A stretch of 63,246 nucleotides of DNA, taken from positions 1-63,246 of the forward strand of contig JAKSOL010000015.1 of NCBI GenBank assembly GCA_024405635.1, in the 5' to 3' direction. Position numbers and translations under genes: made by a program. Each line of letters opens with the position of its first letter. The first letter of the stretch is position 1. This document shows positions 1 through 10,109 of this stretch, one piece after another. The DNA is from Salinivirgaceae bacterium. Its GTDB lineage: Bacteria; Bacteroidota; Bacteroidia; Bacteroidales; SZUA-534. Under the pieces are notes generated by a model. That model saw only the letters and a program-made list of their open reading frames with translations. It was not told where the DNA came from and did not search any database.

Positions 1-277
1 TGTCATAGAGTTTCACCATATTGTACAGCGAACGCTTGCCGTAGCCTCTGCGTTTCGGATTGTGACGCTTCAGGTAATCAGCCAGTTCGCTCACCACATG
101 ATCGCCCCATTGAGCATTCTTCAATCGGTTGGAAATGTAAGCACCCACTTCCCAATATGTCTGCAATGCCTCAGCATTCACCTTTGCAATGGCAGTATTG
201 GTATGGGCTGTTATCAGCAAGTCAACGTATGCGAACTCTTTCTCTAACTGAATTGTATTCGAGATATCTGTATTCAT
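1..277 (-). CDS. YhcG/DUF1016 family protein, N-terminal part (runs off the window edge)
   Basis: Not in the ORF track. Manual translation from ATG 277: MNTDISNTIQLEKEFAYVDLLITAHTNTAIAKVNAEALQTYWEVGAYISNRLKNAQWGDHVVSELADYLKRHNPKRRGYGKRSLYNMVKLYD, matching the DUF1016_N pattern (YW.IG...WG..V...L...G.....L..M..FY). AAGGAG lies upstream. Confidence 0.85.
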   Translation of the reverse strand, partial: MNTDISNTIQLEKEFAYVDLLITAHTNTAIAKVNAEALQTYWEVGAYISNRLKNAQWGDHVVSELADYLKRHNPKRRGYGKRSLYNMVKLYD

Positions 278-292
278 ATTACTTCTCCTTTC

Positions 293-2989
293 TTATGCTT
301 CAGCAAAACTGGAGAAACCATTGTCGAGGGCTGTCTGCATCATACGCTGAATCTTGTCAGCAGCCTCAGCGAACTTGGCATACTGTTCGGCATTCTCACG
401 TGTGATAGCTTCCGTTTTGTGTTCATCCGTCATGCACAATCCCCAGAGAGCTTTCAAAGCAGGTTCCAGCTTCTTGCGGCTTCCATGCAGCTTTGGTAAC
501 AGTTTCTGCACGATGGCAGCATCCAGAATCTCATCCTCTGTCATGCCCTCTGCACATGCCTTGGCGTTAGCAATAAAACGGTAGATCTCCGTTGCTGAAC
601 GGTAGCCGAACTCAGCATTCACCTTCTTCAGCACCCTGAAGAACTCCAGCAGTGTTTTCTGTGCCAATTCGCTATTATCAATATCTTTGCTAGTAGCCTT
701 TTGTACAAAGTCCTGCCCCATATTGGCGCAAGCACCATCGGCAGCATGCACATCGATGTTCATGTCCTGACCCAGGAATAGTTCCATCTCCGTGTCCGAG
801 ATCTTGAACTCAATAACGTTCGCACGGTCGAGTACCTTGGGAGAGAACATGTAGGTTGTCTCGTCAACATTGATAGTACCAACGATGAAGAGGTTCTTGG
901 GTAAAGCAATGCTTGCATCCACCTCCGAATCGCACTCGTCTGGCTTCTCCCAGAGAGGAATCTTCTGGTTACTCTCCAAAGCCGAAAGGAAATCGGCAAA
1001 GTAACGCTCCACATAGCTCAGGTTCATCTCGTCCAACACGAGGAAGTAAGGCTTCTGTGGATTTCTCAACGCACGCATCATAATCTGCAATGCACCACTC
1101 TCTGGCTGCATGTATTCCCCTTGCTTAAGGGCATTAGGATAACCCAACAACGGTTCACGGTTCGTCCAGTCGGCACCCACAGGCACCACACACAACTGCT
1201 GCTCCACATTCTCGCTCATAGCACGAGCAAAAGCCAGCGCCAGCTGTGTCTTACCAGAACCAGCCAAACCACTCAAAATTACGAAGGGCTTCGTCATCAG
1301 CGAACAAGCATAACGCTGGATGAGCTTGTCTTCATAGAGAAGACCTGTGCGTTTGATAGAGGAAATGAGGGTTGACATGCTGAATGGAACCTGCTCAACG
1401 GTTACCTCAGGGTCGAACAGTCTTTCGAGACGTTCCACCATTTCGGTATAGTCGTTGATGCGAGTGAGTGTCTTCATAGGCAACTTCTTCGGATACTCCC
1501 ATTCGCCTACGTTTGTCCACTCTATGGCGCGACTATTCTTGTATTCGTATCGTTCGGGGTTATAGGTGTAGCCACCCTTCACAACACCACGGCCCACGAT
1601 AAGTGTCATACCTCGTTTCACATAGACAATATCCCCGGGGCGCATTTCTCTGCAGAACTGCCAGATGGCAAGGCTATCGTTGGTGTAGGCATTCTCTGTG
1701 TTGCCATACACCTCTCGCAGACGTTCCACAATGTCCTGACGGGTCTCATAGTCACGGAAGTTATCCATGTCATCCCACCCCAATAGCATCACGCTTTCGT
1801 CTTGACATTCCTGCCATTTGCGAGCACCTTCACCCGGAGAGTATACCCAAATGCTCGGAGTAGTATTTGGCTGCTCTTTCTCTTCCGTGTCTTCTGTTTC
1901 ATCTACATCATTAGTAGATTCCATGTTCAGACGCTTTAGGTCAAGTCGTTTACCTACATAGAAGAAGAAATCGGTGGTTACAACATGACCAGCAGGATCA
2001 GAATAGCAATCCGATTCTTTTGACAGGAGGTCATTTAGGATTGTTTGCAACTCATCATCCGTTTTCAGTCGCTGACTGAGGGTGTCGAGGTACTGAACGC
2101 AACGAGCATAGAAAGCACCACAATCCTTTCTGTCGTTGAATGAGAAGTTATCGCCGAGCACCTCAACAGTCTTCTTCAGTTCTTTAAACTTGTAGAGGTA
2201 ATACTTCTCTGGGTAACGGAACAGCAGGTAAGCGCTAATGGCTCTTTGATCTTGATAGTGGTTTTTCCACTCCGAATCGTGTGTCTTTCGGATAGTTTCT
2301 GACTCATCAATAAAGAAGTTGATACGTTCTGAAAGATCTTTGCTTTCATCGTACAGCACACGAAACATCTTGCGTGTACGTTCTTTGTCAACTTCAGCAA
2401 ACTGAAGAATCATTCCTACAGGATAGTAGTTCATCGAAGCCAACAGGTTTTCGTGCTTCGAAGTGGCATTCTTAAACATCTCGCCAAAGTCTTCAGCATC
2501 GATGTCCCATGTACGTTGGAACTGCTCTACAGCCTTCCACTTGTATTTTTCATCCTTCCAATACTTTGGCAGGTCTTCTTTGTAGAGGGAAAGAGGGGTT
2601 GGAGAATCATTGACTTGTTCTTCGCTAATAATTTCAGATTCTTCCTCAGGCAATCCCGTTCTAAAATAACTTTCTGCTTTCAAGAAACATACATAATGGC
2701 TAATTGCTCCTCTTCGCCAACCTTGGTTGTTATTCTTATCTCGTTCATTGAAATCATCATCCGCAATCAAGTCCAAGAATATGCTTTCTGCTTTCTCAGG
2801 GTCGGTTACTTCATACATATTGACACCTTCCCACTTGCTCGGATTATAGTCGAACAATCGGTCAGGTTCAAGGAAACGAGCATAGTCTTTTGGAGCGTTT
2901 CCTCCAAGTAATAAAGGATTGGATTCTGTTGATCTTGTGCTCTTTACGCAAGTTTGTAAGTATTTAAGAAAACGTTCTTTATTATTCAT
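293..2989 (-). CDS. McrB-like AAA+ NTPase with long multi-domain N-terminus (includes a PUA/EVE-like segment)
   Basis: Walker A GLAGSGKT, Walker B LVLDEMN, TINVDETT and KVLDRAN motifs of McrB-like proteins; WVYSPGEGARKW...GW...MRPGDIVYVKRG segment typical of McrB N-terminal reader domains. Confidence 0.85.
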   Translation of the reverse strand: MNNKERFLKYLQTCVKSTRSTESNPLLLGGNAPKDYARFLEPDRLFDYNPSKWEGVNMYEVTDPEKAESIFLDLIADDDFNERDKNNNQGWRRGAISHYVCFLKAESYFRTGLPEEESEIISEEQVNDSPTPLSLYKEDLPKYWKDEKYKWKAVEQFQRTWDIDAEDFGEMFKNATSKHENLLASMNYYPVGMILQFAEVDKERTRKMFRVLYDESKDLSERINFFIDESETIRKTHDSEWKNHYQDQRAISAYLLFRYPEKYYLYKFKELKKTVEVLGDNFSFNDRKDCGAFYARCVQYLDTLSQRLKTDDELQTILNDLLSKESDCYSDPAGHVVTTDFFFYVGKRLDLKRLNMESTNDVDETEDTEEKEQPNTTPSIWVYSPGEGARKWQECQDESVMLLGWDDMDNFRDYETRQDIVERLREVYGNTENAYTNDSLAIWQFCREMRPGDIVYVKRGMTLIVGRGVVKGGYTYNPERYEYKNSRAIEWTNVGEWEYPKKLPMKTLTRINDYTEMVERLERLFDPEVTVEQVPFSMSTLISSIKRTGLLYEDKLIQRYACSLMTKPFVILSGLAGSGKTQLALAFARAMSENVEQQLCVVPVGADWTNREPLLGYPNALKQGEYMQPESGALQIMMRALRNPQKPYFLVLDEMNLSYVERYFADFLSALESNQKIPLWEKPDECDSEVDASIALPKNLFIVGTINVDETTYMFSPKVLDRANVIEFKISDTEMELFLGQDMNIDVHAADGACANMGQDFVQKATSKDIDNSELAQKTLLEFFRVLKKVNAEFGYRSATEIYRFIANAKACAEGMTEDEILDAAIVQKLLPKLHGSRKKLEPALKALWGLCMTDEHKTEAITRENAEQYAKFAEAADKIQRMMQTALDNGFSSFAEA

Positions 2990-3000
2990 GACAATACTTA

Positions 3001-3951
3001 TTAATTAGATGCTCTTTCCTTTTTTATAACTGCCTGTATGTCTTCAGATACAAAACCTGAGAGATCTATTTTATATGATAAATCTGATATTATATCTGGA
3101 ATCACAGGAAATGGACAAATATCTTTTGCGCTGTAAAGTTTAATATTTTTTATTTGAAAGCGTCTACTCTCTGCTTCTCTTGGAGATATCCTTCGTTTTT
3201 CTGCTTCTAAATTTAATGCAAAAGAAAAACTGTTACAGTATTCTGTATGATTGAGCATTTCCTCTACCAGTTCATTTAACGATTCCCCTGAGTTGTTTTC
3301 TGAAATAGAAACGGCTGCAAGATATGTTTTTGATGTGTTATCGAAGAGTTGAGAATGCTTGAGTTTAAACACAAATAGATTTGAAGGCGTTGTTTTGACT
3401 TCAATACTAATGTATGGAGTAACAATATCAATTTTTGAATTCACACCTTCTGTATGCCAATATAGAGAAAGATCCTCTCTGAAATTTTCAAAGAAAAATT
3501 TGATAACTGAAAGTTCTCCATATAATCCAATGAGATTCTTGTATTGTTGCTCAGGAGGAAGTTGGAATATTTTAACCAGAGAATCGAAAAACGAGATGAA
3601 GTCTATCTCATCTGAATTGACGGCGTACGACACGCATAGGTTAACAAATGCAGAAATATTTTCTACACAGTTGTCTTTCTCGGCTATGAACAACTCGATA
3701 AAGTTGTAATAGCCGTTGCCAAAGGATGGAGTAGATACGTTAAATGCCGAGATATGGGTACTTGTTTGTAGGCGAAGATATTCCGTCTTGATATTCTGCG
3801 AAGTACAAGCCTCAGTATTGGGAACCATATAGAGGAAGTTGCCATTAAGGGCAAAGAATCCTCCTCCGTTAGATATTTTCTCTAACAGATACAGCGTGTC
3901 GTCATGAGGGCACTCCTTGATGCGATATAAAAGATTAGCTGCGTCAATCAT
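3001..3951 (-). CDS. PD-(D/E)XK motif protein (DUF4420-like)
   Basis: GLYGEL ... IDIV ... IEVKTT motifs. Probable start ATG 3951 (MIDAANLL) overlaps the Z1 stop (ATGATTGA). Confidence 0.75.
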   Translation of the reverse strand: MIDAANLLYRIKECPHDDTLYLLEKISNGGGFFALNGNFLYMVPNTEACTSQNIKTEYLRLQTSTHISAFNVSTPSFGNGYYNFIELFIAEKDNCVENISAFVNLCVSYAVNSDEIDFISFFDSLVKIFQLPPEQQYKNLIGLYGELSVIKFFFENFREDLSLYWHTEGVNSKIDIVTPYISIEVKTTPSNLFVFKLKHSQLFDNTSKTYLAAVSISENNSGESLNELVEEMLNHTEYCNSFSFALNLEAEKRRISPREAESRRFQIKNIKLYSAKDICPFPVIPDIISDLSYKIDLSGFVSEDIQAVIKKERASN

Positions 3952-6109
3952 TATCCTTAACAAAATAGGTTTTGTCCTTGGGAAGATAGATAGCAAACAT
4001 ATACTGATCCTTACCAAGACGCTCATTCCTAGTTATGCCTGGAGATATGTGATGTATCTGGATGTTAATCTTGTCTGGATCAACTATAACCTTGTTGTCG
4101 CCCTGATATGTCAGGCGTTCGGTATTGCTTGTGTTTGCGCCTTGGTGGAGCGCCTTGATTCGATCCTTGAAAGCGTCCACAAAAATAGAACGATAGCGTA
4201 TCTCGTTTAAGCCTTCGCCCATGAGGATAACCGGCACTTCGGACGAGCCTACGAGTTCAAGCAGAGCGGTTTTGTTGAACGGTTCGCGATCAAAAGCTGT
4301 TTCGATGGAGCGTATGAGTTCGATCATCTGGTCAGCAGAAAACATCGCATACTTACCGGTAGGCAGGCCTATGACACTACCTTGTGTTGTGGTTTGCCAA
4401 TCCGATATGCTTGATACCAGCCTACGAATGTTTGCATTATTAGTCGCAATCTGGGTGTCGTCAATTACGATAAACTTCTGCTTGATCCAACGATTTTTGA
4501 ACTTAATCTTCTTGTATTTAGCTTTGTTCTTAGCCGTAGGTTTCTGCTTGGTATCTTCTGCCTTGATGATTATATCCTTGATAGCAAGGACGCCATTCTC
4601 TACATCCTCAAACTGTTCCCAAAGATCATCTTCAATATCAGCAAGAGCTGTGAACTCCTTAGCAATCTCATCCGTTGTAAAGATTTTGCAGAGATCAAGG
4701 TATTTGTTACGATAGCCAAACCAACGGGCTCTCTGAAGGGTGGTATCCATGTTACCTCCATTCTTCGCAAAACGAGTAAAATACGACACCAACAGATTGG
4801 GGAAAGTAAGACCGCGCTGCAGTAGATCGCCACCAATGAAGATTTTATGTAGTTTGGTCTTCTCTGATTCCTTAGTTATTTTGTCCTTACCATTCTGCAA
4901 GATAACTCCTGTCTTATGAGCAACTATGCCAAGGTTATCAACAAACGTGTTATCGAAAGGGTATTGTGTCCTTTGTTCGGCTGAAAGAAACTTCTGATGT
5001 GTCTGTTTGAGATAGTTTAAATGGTATTTAAGTTCATCTGGATCATGGTCTCGATTGTCAAACGCAGAACGTATCAGTTTGATTTCACCATCAACACTTG
5101 AATAGAATTTATCATGAGCATGGACAGCACGGTCGGCATGGATAATCATGTCCGATTTCTTCTCCTTTTTCTTCTCGAAAATCATTGCTTTTATTGTACT
5201 GGCAATCAAAAAGTAAAGGACTGCTTCACGGAGACTTTCGGGATATATGTTATCGTCTTCCTCTGCTATGCTCTGAATAATCTCATTCTCGGACAAATGG
5301 TACACGCTGGCGCCATCGTAACCTTCACCCGGTTGAATTAAATGGATAGACTCAGGAATGAGTTTACTAATATCCTCTTGAAAGATATTAGCCTGCGGAG
5401 TGGCCGTAACCGAAAGATAAAGAGGATCACGAAGAACACGCTTCATGTAGCAAATGTTTCTGTAAGTAGGCGTAGCTTCCTCGGCTTTATTCTTAGCAGT
5501 ATTAAGACTGGCCTGATCGCCTTCATCGTCAATAATAAATGGTTTGAGAGATGGGATAGCAGATATCAAGGATGCAACTAACTTATTGACCTTGTTCAAG
5601 GCATAAGGTCGCTTTAGACTGGTAATAATCATGGGTCGGCCTTCCTCTAGTAATTCTTTAGCAAAATCTTCGGTTAGACTGGCCAATGTATTGGATTGGT
5701 TGGTAACTGTATTCGTAGTGAAGACCACCGGCATATCAGAATCTAACAACTCATTCTCAGATGCTGCATCGAAAGTTAGACTAAATCGTTCGGTACATTG
5801 GCAAAGGAGTTCTTTATCATAACCACCATAGATGATGAGAAGATTGTATCCATTATCGAAAGCCAGAGCCGTAAGCAGCTCGAGGTTAGACGTTTTGCCG
5901 GATTGAACCTTTCCAACAAGCAAAGAATTGGGATTAGCAGACTCAGCGAGTTGCTGCATCAGTTTGCTATAGGTAGCACGTACATTCTTAACAATATTGT
6001 CAGCACCTTTCTGATTATATGCTTCTACATGCTTTTGGTGTATGCGCGCAAAGAACTTTCCCTCGTTGATGGGATTCGTTTGGGTATAATCTATCCGATA
6101 TTGTTCCAT
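3944..6109 (-). CDS. Z1-domain protein with SF2 helicase-like motifs
   Basis: GKVQSGKT, IIDDEGDQAS, SVTATPQAN, IGGDLLQRGLT, DTTLQRARWFGYR. Confidence 0.9.
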   Translation of the reverse strand: MEQYRIDYTQTNPINEGKFFARIHQKHVEAYNQKGADNIVKNVRATYSKLMQQLAESANPNSLLVGKVQSGKTSNLELLTALAFDNGYNLLIIYGGYDKELLCQCTERFSLTFDAASENELLDSDMPVVFTTNTVTNQSNTLASLTEDFAKELLEEGRPMIITSLKRPYALNKVNKLVASLISAIPSLKPFIIDDEGDQASLNTAKNKAEEATPTYRNICYMKRVLRDPLYLSVTATPQANIFQEDISKLIPESIHLIQPGEGYDGASVYHLSENEIIQSIAEEDDNIYPESLREAVLYFLIASTIKAMIFEKKKEKKSDMIIHADRAVHAHDKFYSSVDGEIKLIRSAFDNRDHDPDELKYHLNYLKQTHQKFLSAEQRTQYPFDNTFVDNLGIVAHKTGVILQNGKDKITKESEKTKLHKIFIGGDLLQRGLTFPNLLVSYFTRFAKNGGNMDTTLQRARWFGYRNKYLDLCKIFTTDEIAKEFTALADIEDDLWEQFEDVENGVLAIKDIIIKAEDTKQKPTAKNKAKYKKIKFKNRWIKQKFIVIDDTQIATNNANIRRLVSSISDWQTTTQGSVIGLPTGKYAMFSADQMIELIRSIETAFDREPFNKTALLELVGSSEVPVILMGEGLNEIRYRSIFVDAFKDRIKALHQGANTSNTERLTYQGDNKVIVDPDKINIQIHHISPGITRNERLGKDQYMFAIYLPKDKTYFVKDND

Positions 6110-6111
6110 AA

Positions 6112-7665
6112 TTAGCCAGCCAATTTGGTTAAATACTGATTAATAAGATTGCGGAAAGCACCGGGACTGACAGAGCCATCCGGACGGGCATTCTTCTTAA
6201 CCTGAAGTTCAGAAAGAGCAAATGCAAGAGCGAACTTTTCCAATACCTCTTTAAATTTTTCTTGTTCAGAGAACGGTTTGAAGAACGGGTGATTGATATT
6301 TAATTGCACGCTGGCTGTAGTACCGTCTTCTGACGGATCAACCTTAATCCAATATGTTGTAGAATCGCCAAATATCCAGTTGACTGTAATTGTGCACATA
6401 TTTGCGGCATCCAGCGGAACTTTATACTCACGCTTATTGTTGTCTTCCTTATTGGGAAGATTATTCTGCGCCTTCTGATACTCCTTATACCGTATAACGT
6501 CTTCACTCTCACCTTGTGTATCCAGTTCCTCAATCGTTGGGATACAATCAAACAATCCACCGAATGAATCTTGAATCGTCTTCTGTACTTGATCCCGAAT
6601 AGAATGAGAAACCTCCGGAGTACAATCTTCTTCACGAGCTCGTTCCTTATTGGTCAGTTTGGCAATGTCGATATACTCCTTAATATGGCGACGAAGTTCT
6701 GTGACGAACATCTCCTCCAATCCGTCATCCCACACAAAGCCATCTTTGGCCTGATTGATTGGGAAATCGTCCAGATCAAGTTCGCCAAATAATTTGTGTG
6801 CAATTGTACTCTGAGCCTGACCAAAGATTCTATCTGGCTTATAATTCTGCTCTTCACCACCAATCACAACTCGATTGCGGCGAAATAAGGCAAAGCCAGC
6901 ACGGCCGAAACCACCATTCGCCAAAATTCCGACAAAGCCAGTAATGTGATGTTCGATTCCATCAAAATCAAATCTAAAATCGAGATTCTTTTTCCATTCC
7001 TGATTTCGAAATGTGAGACAAGCGTAATCATCAAATAATAACGGATCACTATCGTAATAAATATGAATGAGTCCGCTATTCAAGTCTCGGCGGTACATAC
7101 TTTTCAGTAGGTCAACAATTTTTGTCTTTGTGCGAGGTGCTCCAATCTTTTTCGTTATTTCGCTGATAACAATAGTTGTTCCATGAGTGTTTGGAGAAAC
7201 TTGTGTTCGATGAATAGCAACAGTATTTATGTTCTTTTCTCGCATCTCAGGAATATTGATTTCTGTGTAATATTCATTAGTTGATCCTAACTGTGTAGAA
7301 CGAACAGACCATATATTCCCAAACCATGAAGCTGCTGTTTTGAGCCCCATACCAAACTCGTTGCGTCCATTCTTATCCTCAGGTGGAGAGTCAACCTTAA
7401 CAGCACGTGAAAAATCTGTCAATTCCATACCAAAGGCTGTGTCAGCAATAGTAAGAATATCTTGCTCACTATCGTATTTGATATCAATGATAACATCCTT
7501 AATACCATTCTGTTTTAATTCCTCTTGATGAGAATAGAATGATTGCGTAGAGTTATCAACGAACTCACCAATAGCATACCATGCCTTGTAGTTAAGGCGA
7601 GAAAATACTCCAATAACTCCTGCCTGGGGCTGGATATTCAATTCTATTTCATTCTCATTTCCCAT
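6112..7665 (-). CDS. GHKL (MORC/MutL-like, HATPase_c_3) ATPase
   Basis: Bergerat-fold motifs AIGEFVDNS, IADTAFGM, EFGMGLKTAA, HGTTIVI; C-terminal LNINHPFF motif. Confidence 0.88.
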   Translation of the reverse strand: MGNENEIELNIQPQAGVIGVFSRLNYKAWYAIGEFVDNSTQSFYSHQEELKQNGIKDVIIDIKYDSEQDILTIADTAFGMELTDFSRAVKVDSPPEDKNGRNEFGMGLKTAASWFGNIWSVRSTQLGSTNEYYTEINIPEMREKNINTVAIHRTQVSPNTHGTTIVISEITKKIGAPRTKTKIVDLLKSMYRRDLNSGLIHIYYDSDPLLFDDYACLTFRNQEWKKNLDFRFDFDGIEHHITGFVGILANGGFGRAGFALFRRNRVVIGGEEQNYKPDRIFGQAQSTIAHKLFGELDLDDFPINQAKDGFVWDDGLEEMFVTELRRHIKEYIDIAKLTNKERAREEDCTPEVSHSIRDQVQKTIQDSFGGLFDCIPTIEELDTQGESEDVIRYKEYQKAQNNLPNKEDNNKREYKVPLDAANMCTITVNWIFGDSTTYWIKVDPSEDGTTASVQLNINHPFFKPFSEQEKFKEVLEKFALAFALSELQVKKNARPDGSVSPGAFRNLINQYLTKLAG

Positions 7666-7671
7666 ACTTGC

Positions 7672-8997
7672 TTAACATTCGATAAGTTTATTGGCTATCA
7701 ATCTGACAATTTCAACATTCACAGCATTTCCCAAGGCTTCATAGACTCGACCTTTTGAAAGTCCTGTAAAATCCATATCCTTCATTCCTTGTAAAGAGGC
7801 AGCTTCTCTTACAGTCATATAACGACCTTTTTTAGTGCTGTCAGGAAGTTGTACCCAAGGCAAAATTGGAATTTGTGTTCCAACAAGATTCAAAGCTGGT
7901 GAATATGTAGCTCTCTTTACCCTTATTCCAGAAGCTCTAAATTGGATTATCTTATCTTCCAAAGTAGGAGTATCATTACCACAATTCCACTCTAGCTTTA
8001 AGAAACTATTTGCTTGGTCTTTTACTTTTAAAATCCACTTATCAAGCCACTTCTTATTCTTTTTGTAGAATTCTCTATTCTGCTCGATATATCTTATTTT
8101 CCAATGTGGAAAAACTTCACTTTTATCAGTTTGGGCGTAATTCGGCAGTTGTGCAAGACATGCTTCTTTGGTAAAGCCATTTACTTTCTGGCCTAAATGC
8201 CCCCGTTTCCCTTGCAACTCTTTTAATGACTGGAATGCCGGTGCTTTTTCTTTGAAATCATATGTTGCACCAAATTCCATAGCCCATATCGGGAACCCTG
8301 GAAGAGTACAGCCATTGGCAATAGTTTTGTTTATAAATTCACTCCATAAATCAAGTTGCTTTCTAGTAACATCTCTCAAAGGAATGTAATTAGTGTCGCT
8401 TTCATCTATGAGGGTATGAATTGTTGTACCCTCAGGCATAATAGGCTCTCTAGGAAATACGAATTCAAATTCCTTGTTTTGACCGTTCCTTCTACGACCA
8501 ACTATGTAAATTCTTTTTCGATGTTGTGGTATATTGTATTCATGAGGTGATAGTACTTCTTTCTCAATATCATACCCCAATATATCTAACTTATCTTCAA
8601 TAACACGCCATGTATTTCCCCCATCGTGCCCCATAAGATTTGATACATTTTCAAGGAAAACAAACTTAGGCTTATGCTCTTTTATTATTTCGCAAATGTA
8701 TCCGAACATACTGCCACGCATCTTTTCATCGTCAAACCCTTGACGTTTGCCTGCTTGGCTAAATGGTTGGCAAGGGAAACCTGCACACAAAATATCATGT
8801 GGTGGAATATCTTTTTTTATGTCAACTTTTGTGATGTCACCAAATGGTTTAATCTTGAAGTTTTTTTCATATTGTTTCCGCAAATCTTCCCTCAATTCAG
8901 ACGCAAAAACACATTTACACCCCAACTGCTCAAGAGCAAGATGGAATCCTCCAAGACCCGCAAACAAGTCAATGAAAGTATATTTCTTTTTTGCCAT
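7672..8997 (-). CDS. DNA (cytosine-5)-methyltransferase
   Basis: Motif I DLFAGLGG, motif IV GFPCQPFS, motif VI ENV, motif VIII QHRKRIY, motif X LGNAV. Confidence 0.95.
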   Translation of the reverse strand: MAKKKYTFIDLFAGLGGFHLALEQLGCKCVFASELREDLRKQYEKNFKIKPFGDITKVDIKKDIPPHDILCAGFPCQPFSQAGKRQGFDDEKMRGSMFGYICEIIKEHKPKFVFLENVSNLMGHDGGNTWRVIEDKLDILGYDIEKEVLSPHEYNIPQHRKRIYIVGRRRNGQNKEFEFVFPREPIMPEGTTIHTLIDESDTNYIPLRDVTRKQLDLWSEFINKTIANGCTLPGFPIWAMEFGATYDFKEKAPAFQSLKELQGKRGHLGQKVNGFTKEACLAQLPNYAQTDKSEVFPHWKIRYIEQNREFYKKNKKWLDKWILKVKDQANSFLKLEWNCGNDTPTLEDKIIQFRASGIRVKRATYSPALNLVGTQIPILPWVQLPDSTKKGRYMTVREAASLQGMKDMDFTGLSKGRVYEALGNAVNVEIVRLIANKLIEC

Positions 8998-9020
8998 CAG
9001 TTTATTCTTTCAGTTTCTTG

Positions 9021-10109
9021 TCAAGCTTCTTCGTGCTGTTGTCTGAAAACTTCCTTTTGCAACTCTATCTCACGAACTAATTCTTCTTTAGTTGGGAGAT
9101 AGGTTAGATACTTAGCTTGAAATATTTGCTCGTTGCCGTGCAGCACACTATATCTGGCCATATCTTCACTGGTGTCGGAACATAGAAGCAAGCCAATTGT
9201 AGGATTGTCGCCCTCGGTGCGTTGCAGACTGTCGTACATGCGTACGTACATATCCATCTGACCAACATCCTGATGCGTTATCTGACTAGTTTTTAGATCC
9301 ATGAGGAAGAAGCACTTCAGAATATAGTTGTAGAACACGAGGTCGATGTAGAAATCGCCCATGTCGGTGCGGATATGTTTCTGTCTTGCCACAAACGCAA
9401 AACCTTTGCCCATCTCCATTATGAACTTTTGGATGTGGGTTATGATGCTCTCTTCGAGTTCCGTTTCTGTGAAGTCAGTATTCTGTGACAATCCCAGGAA
9501 GTCTGCAATGACAGGATTCTTTATGAACTCAAGTTTGTCTTGCAGTGGCGCTGTCAGCGATTTCATTTCCGACACGACACTCTCCTTGCTCTGCGATTGC
9601 AGAAGACGATAGTAGTACTGCGAGCCTATATTGCGATGAAGAACCCTGCTGCTCCATGTCTCCCGTAAAGCCTCCTGCGCATACCACTTACGAGCTTCTG
9701 CATCCTCCACACGTATCAGTTCACGGTATAGTGTCCATGGAAGCAATTGTTGACTCACTGCGTCGACTTTCCCAGATTGTTGACTCACTGCGTCAACTAT
9801 TTCAGGGAACATGTTGTAAAAACGCACATAATTGTGCAGTGAAATCTTGTCGAATCCTTTGCCGTATTTATTTGTTAGAGACTTGGATAATTGCTCAATA
9901 ACGTGTTTCCCATATTCAGCTCGACCATCATCATCAAGATGCTCACGAGTAATACGCTCTCCAAGTTTCCAGTTACGCAAAGTGAGTGCTACGTTTACAG
10001 CACGGTAAGCAAACTGACGCGCCTCATCAATAATGACGCACGCATCTTTGTATAGCTCACCATCGAGCACATCACTTTCTCTATATGTCTGAATAACTTT
10101 ATCTTCCAT
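9021..10109 (-). CDS. YhcG/DUF1016 PD-(D/E)XK nuclease-domain protein
   Basis: NWKLGERI, YGKGF, LPWTLY, KNPVIADFL, FYIDLVFY...MDLK, GQMDMYV, NPTIGLLLC. Confidence 0.92.
   Translation of the reverse strand: MEDKVIQTYRESDVLDGELYKDACVIIDEARQFAYRAVNVALTLRNWKLGERITREHLDDDGRAEYGKHVIEQLSKSLTNKYGKGFDKISLHNYVRFYNMFPEIVDAVSQQSGKVDAVSQQLLPWTLYRELIRVEDAEARKWYAQEALRETWSSRVLHRNIGSQYYYRLLQSQSKESVVSEMKSLTAPLQDKLEFIKNPVIADFLGLSQNTDFTETELEESIITHIQKFIMEMGKGFAFVARQKHIRTDMGDFYIDLVFYNYILKCFFLMDLKTSQITHQDVGQMDMYVRMYDSLQRTEGDNPTIGLLLCSDTSEDMARYSVLHGNEQIFQAKYLTYLPTKEELVREIELQKEVFRQQHEEA
9746..9798. repeat. 30-bp-period tandem repeat inside YhcG (VDAVSQQ x2)
   Basis: attgttgactcactgcgtc(g/a)act occurs twice, 30 bp apart. 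Confidence 0.8.

Noticed and set aside
3952-4026. Longer N-terminus of the PD-(D/E)XK protein given in the ORF track
   Set aside because: It would overlap the Z1 gene by 83 bp; the ATG at 3951 gives a typical short coupled overlap.
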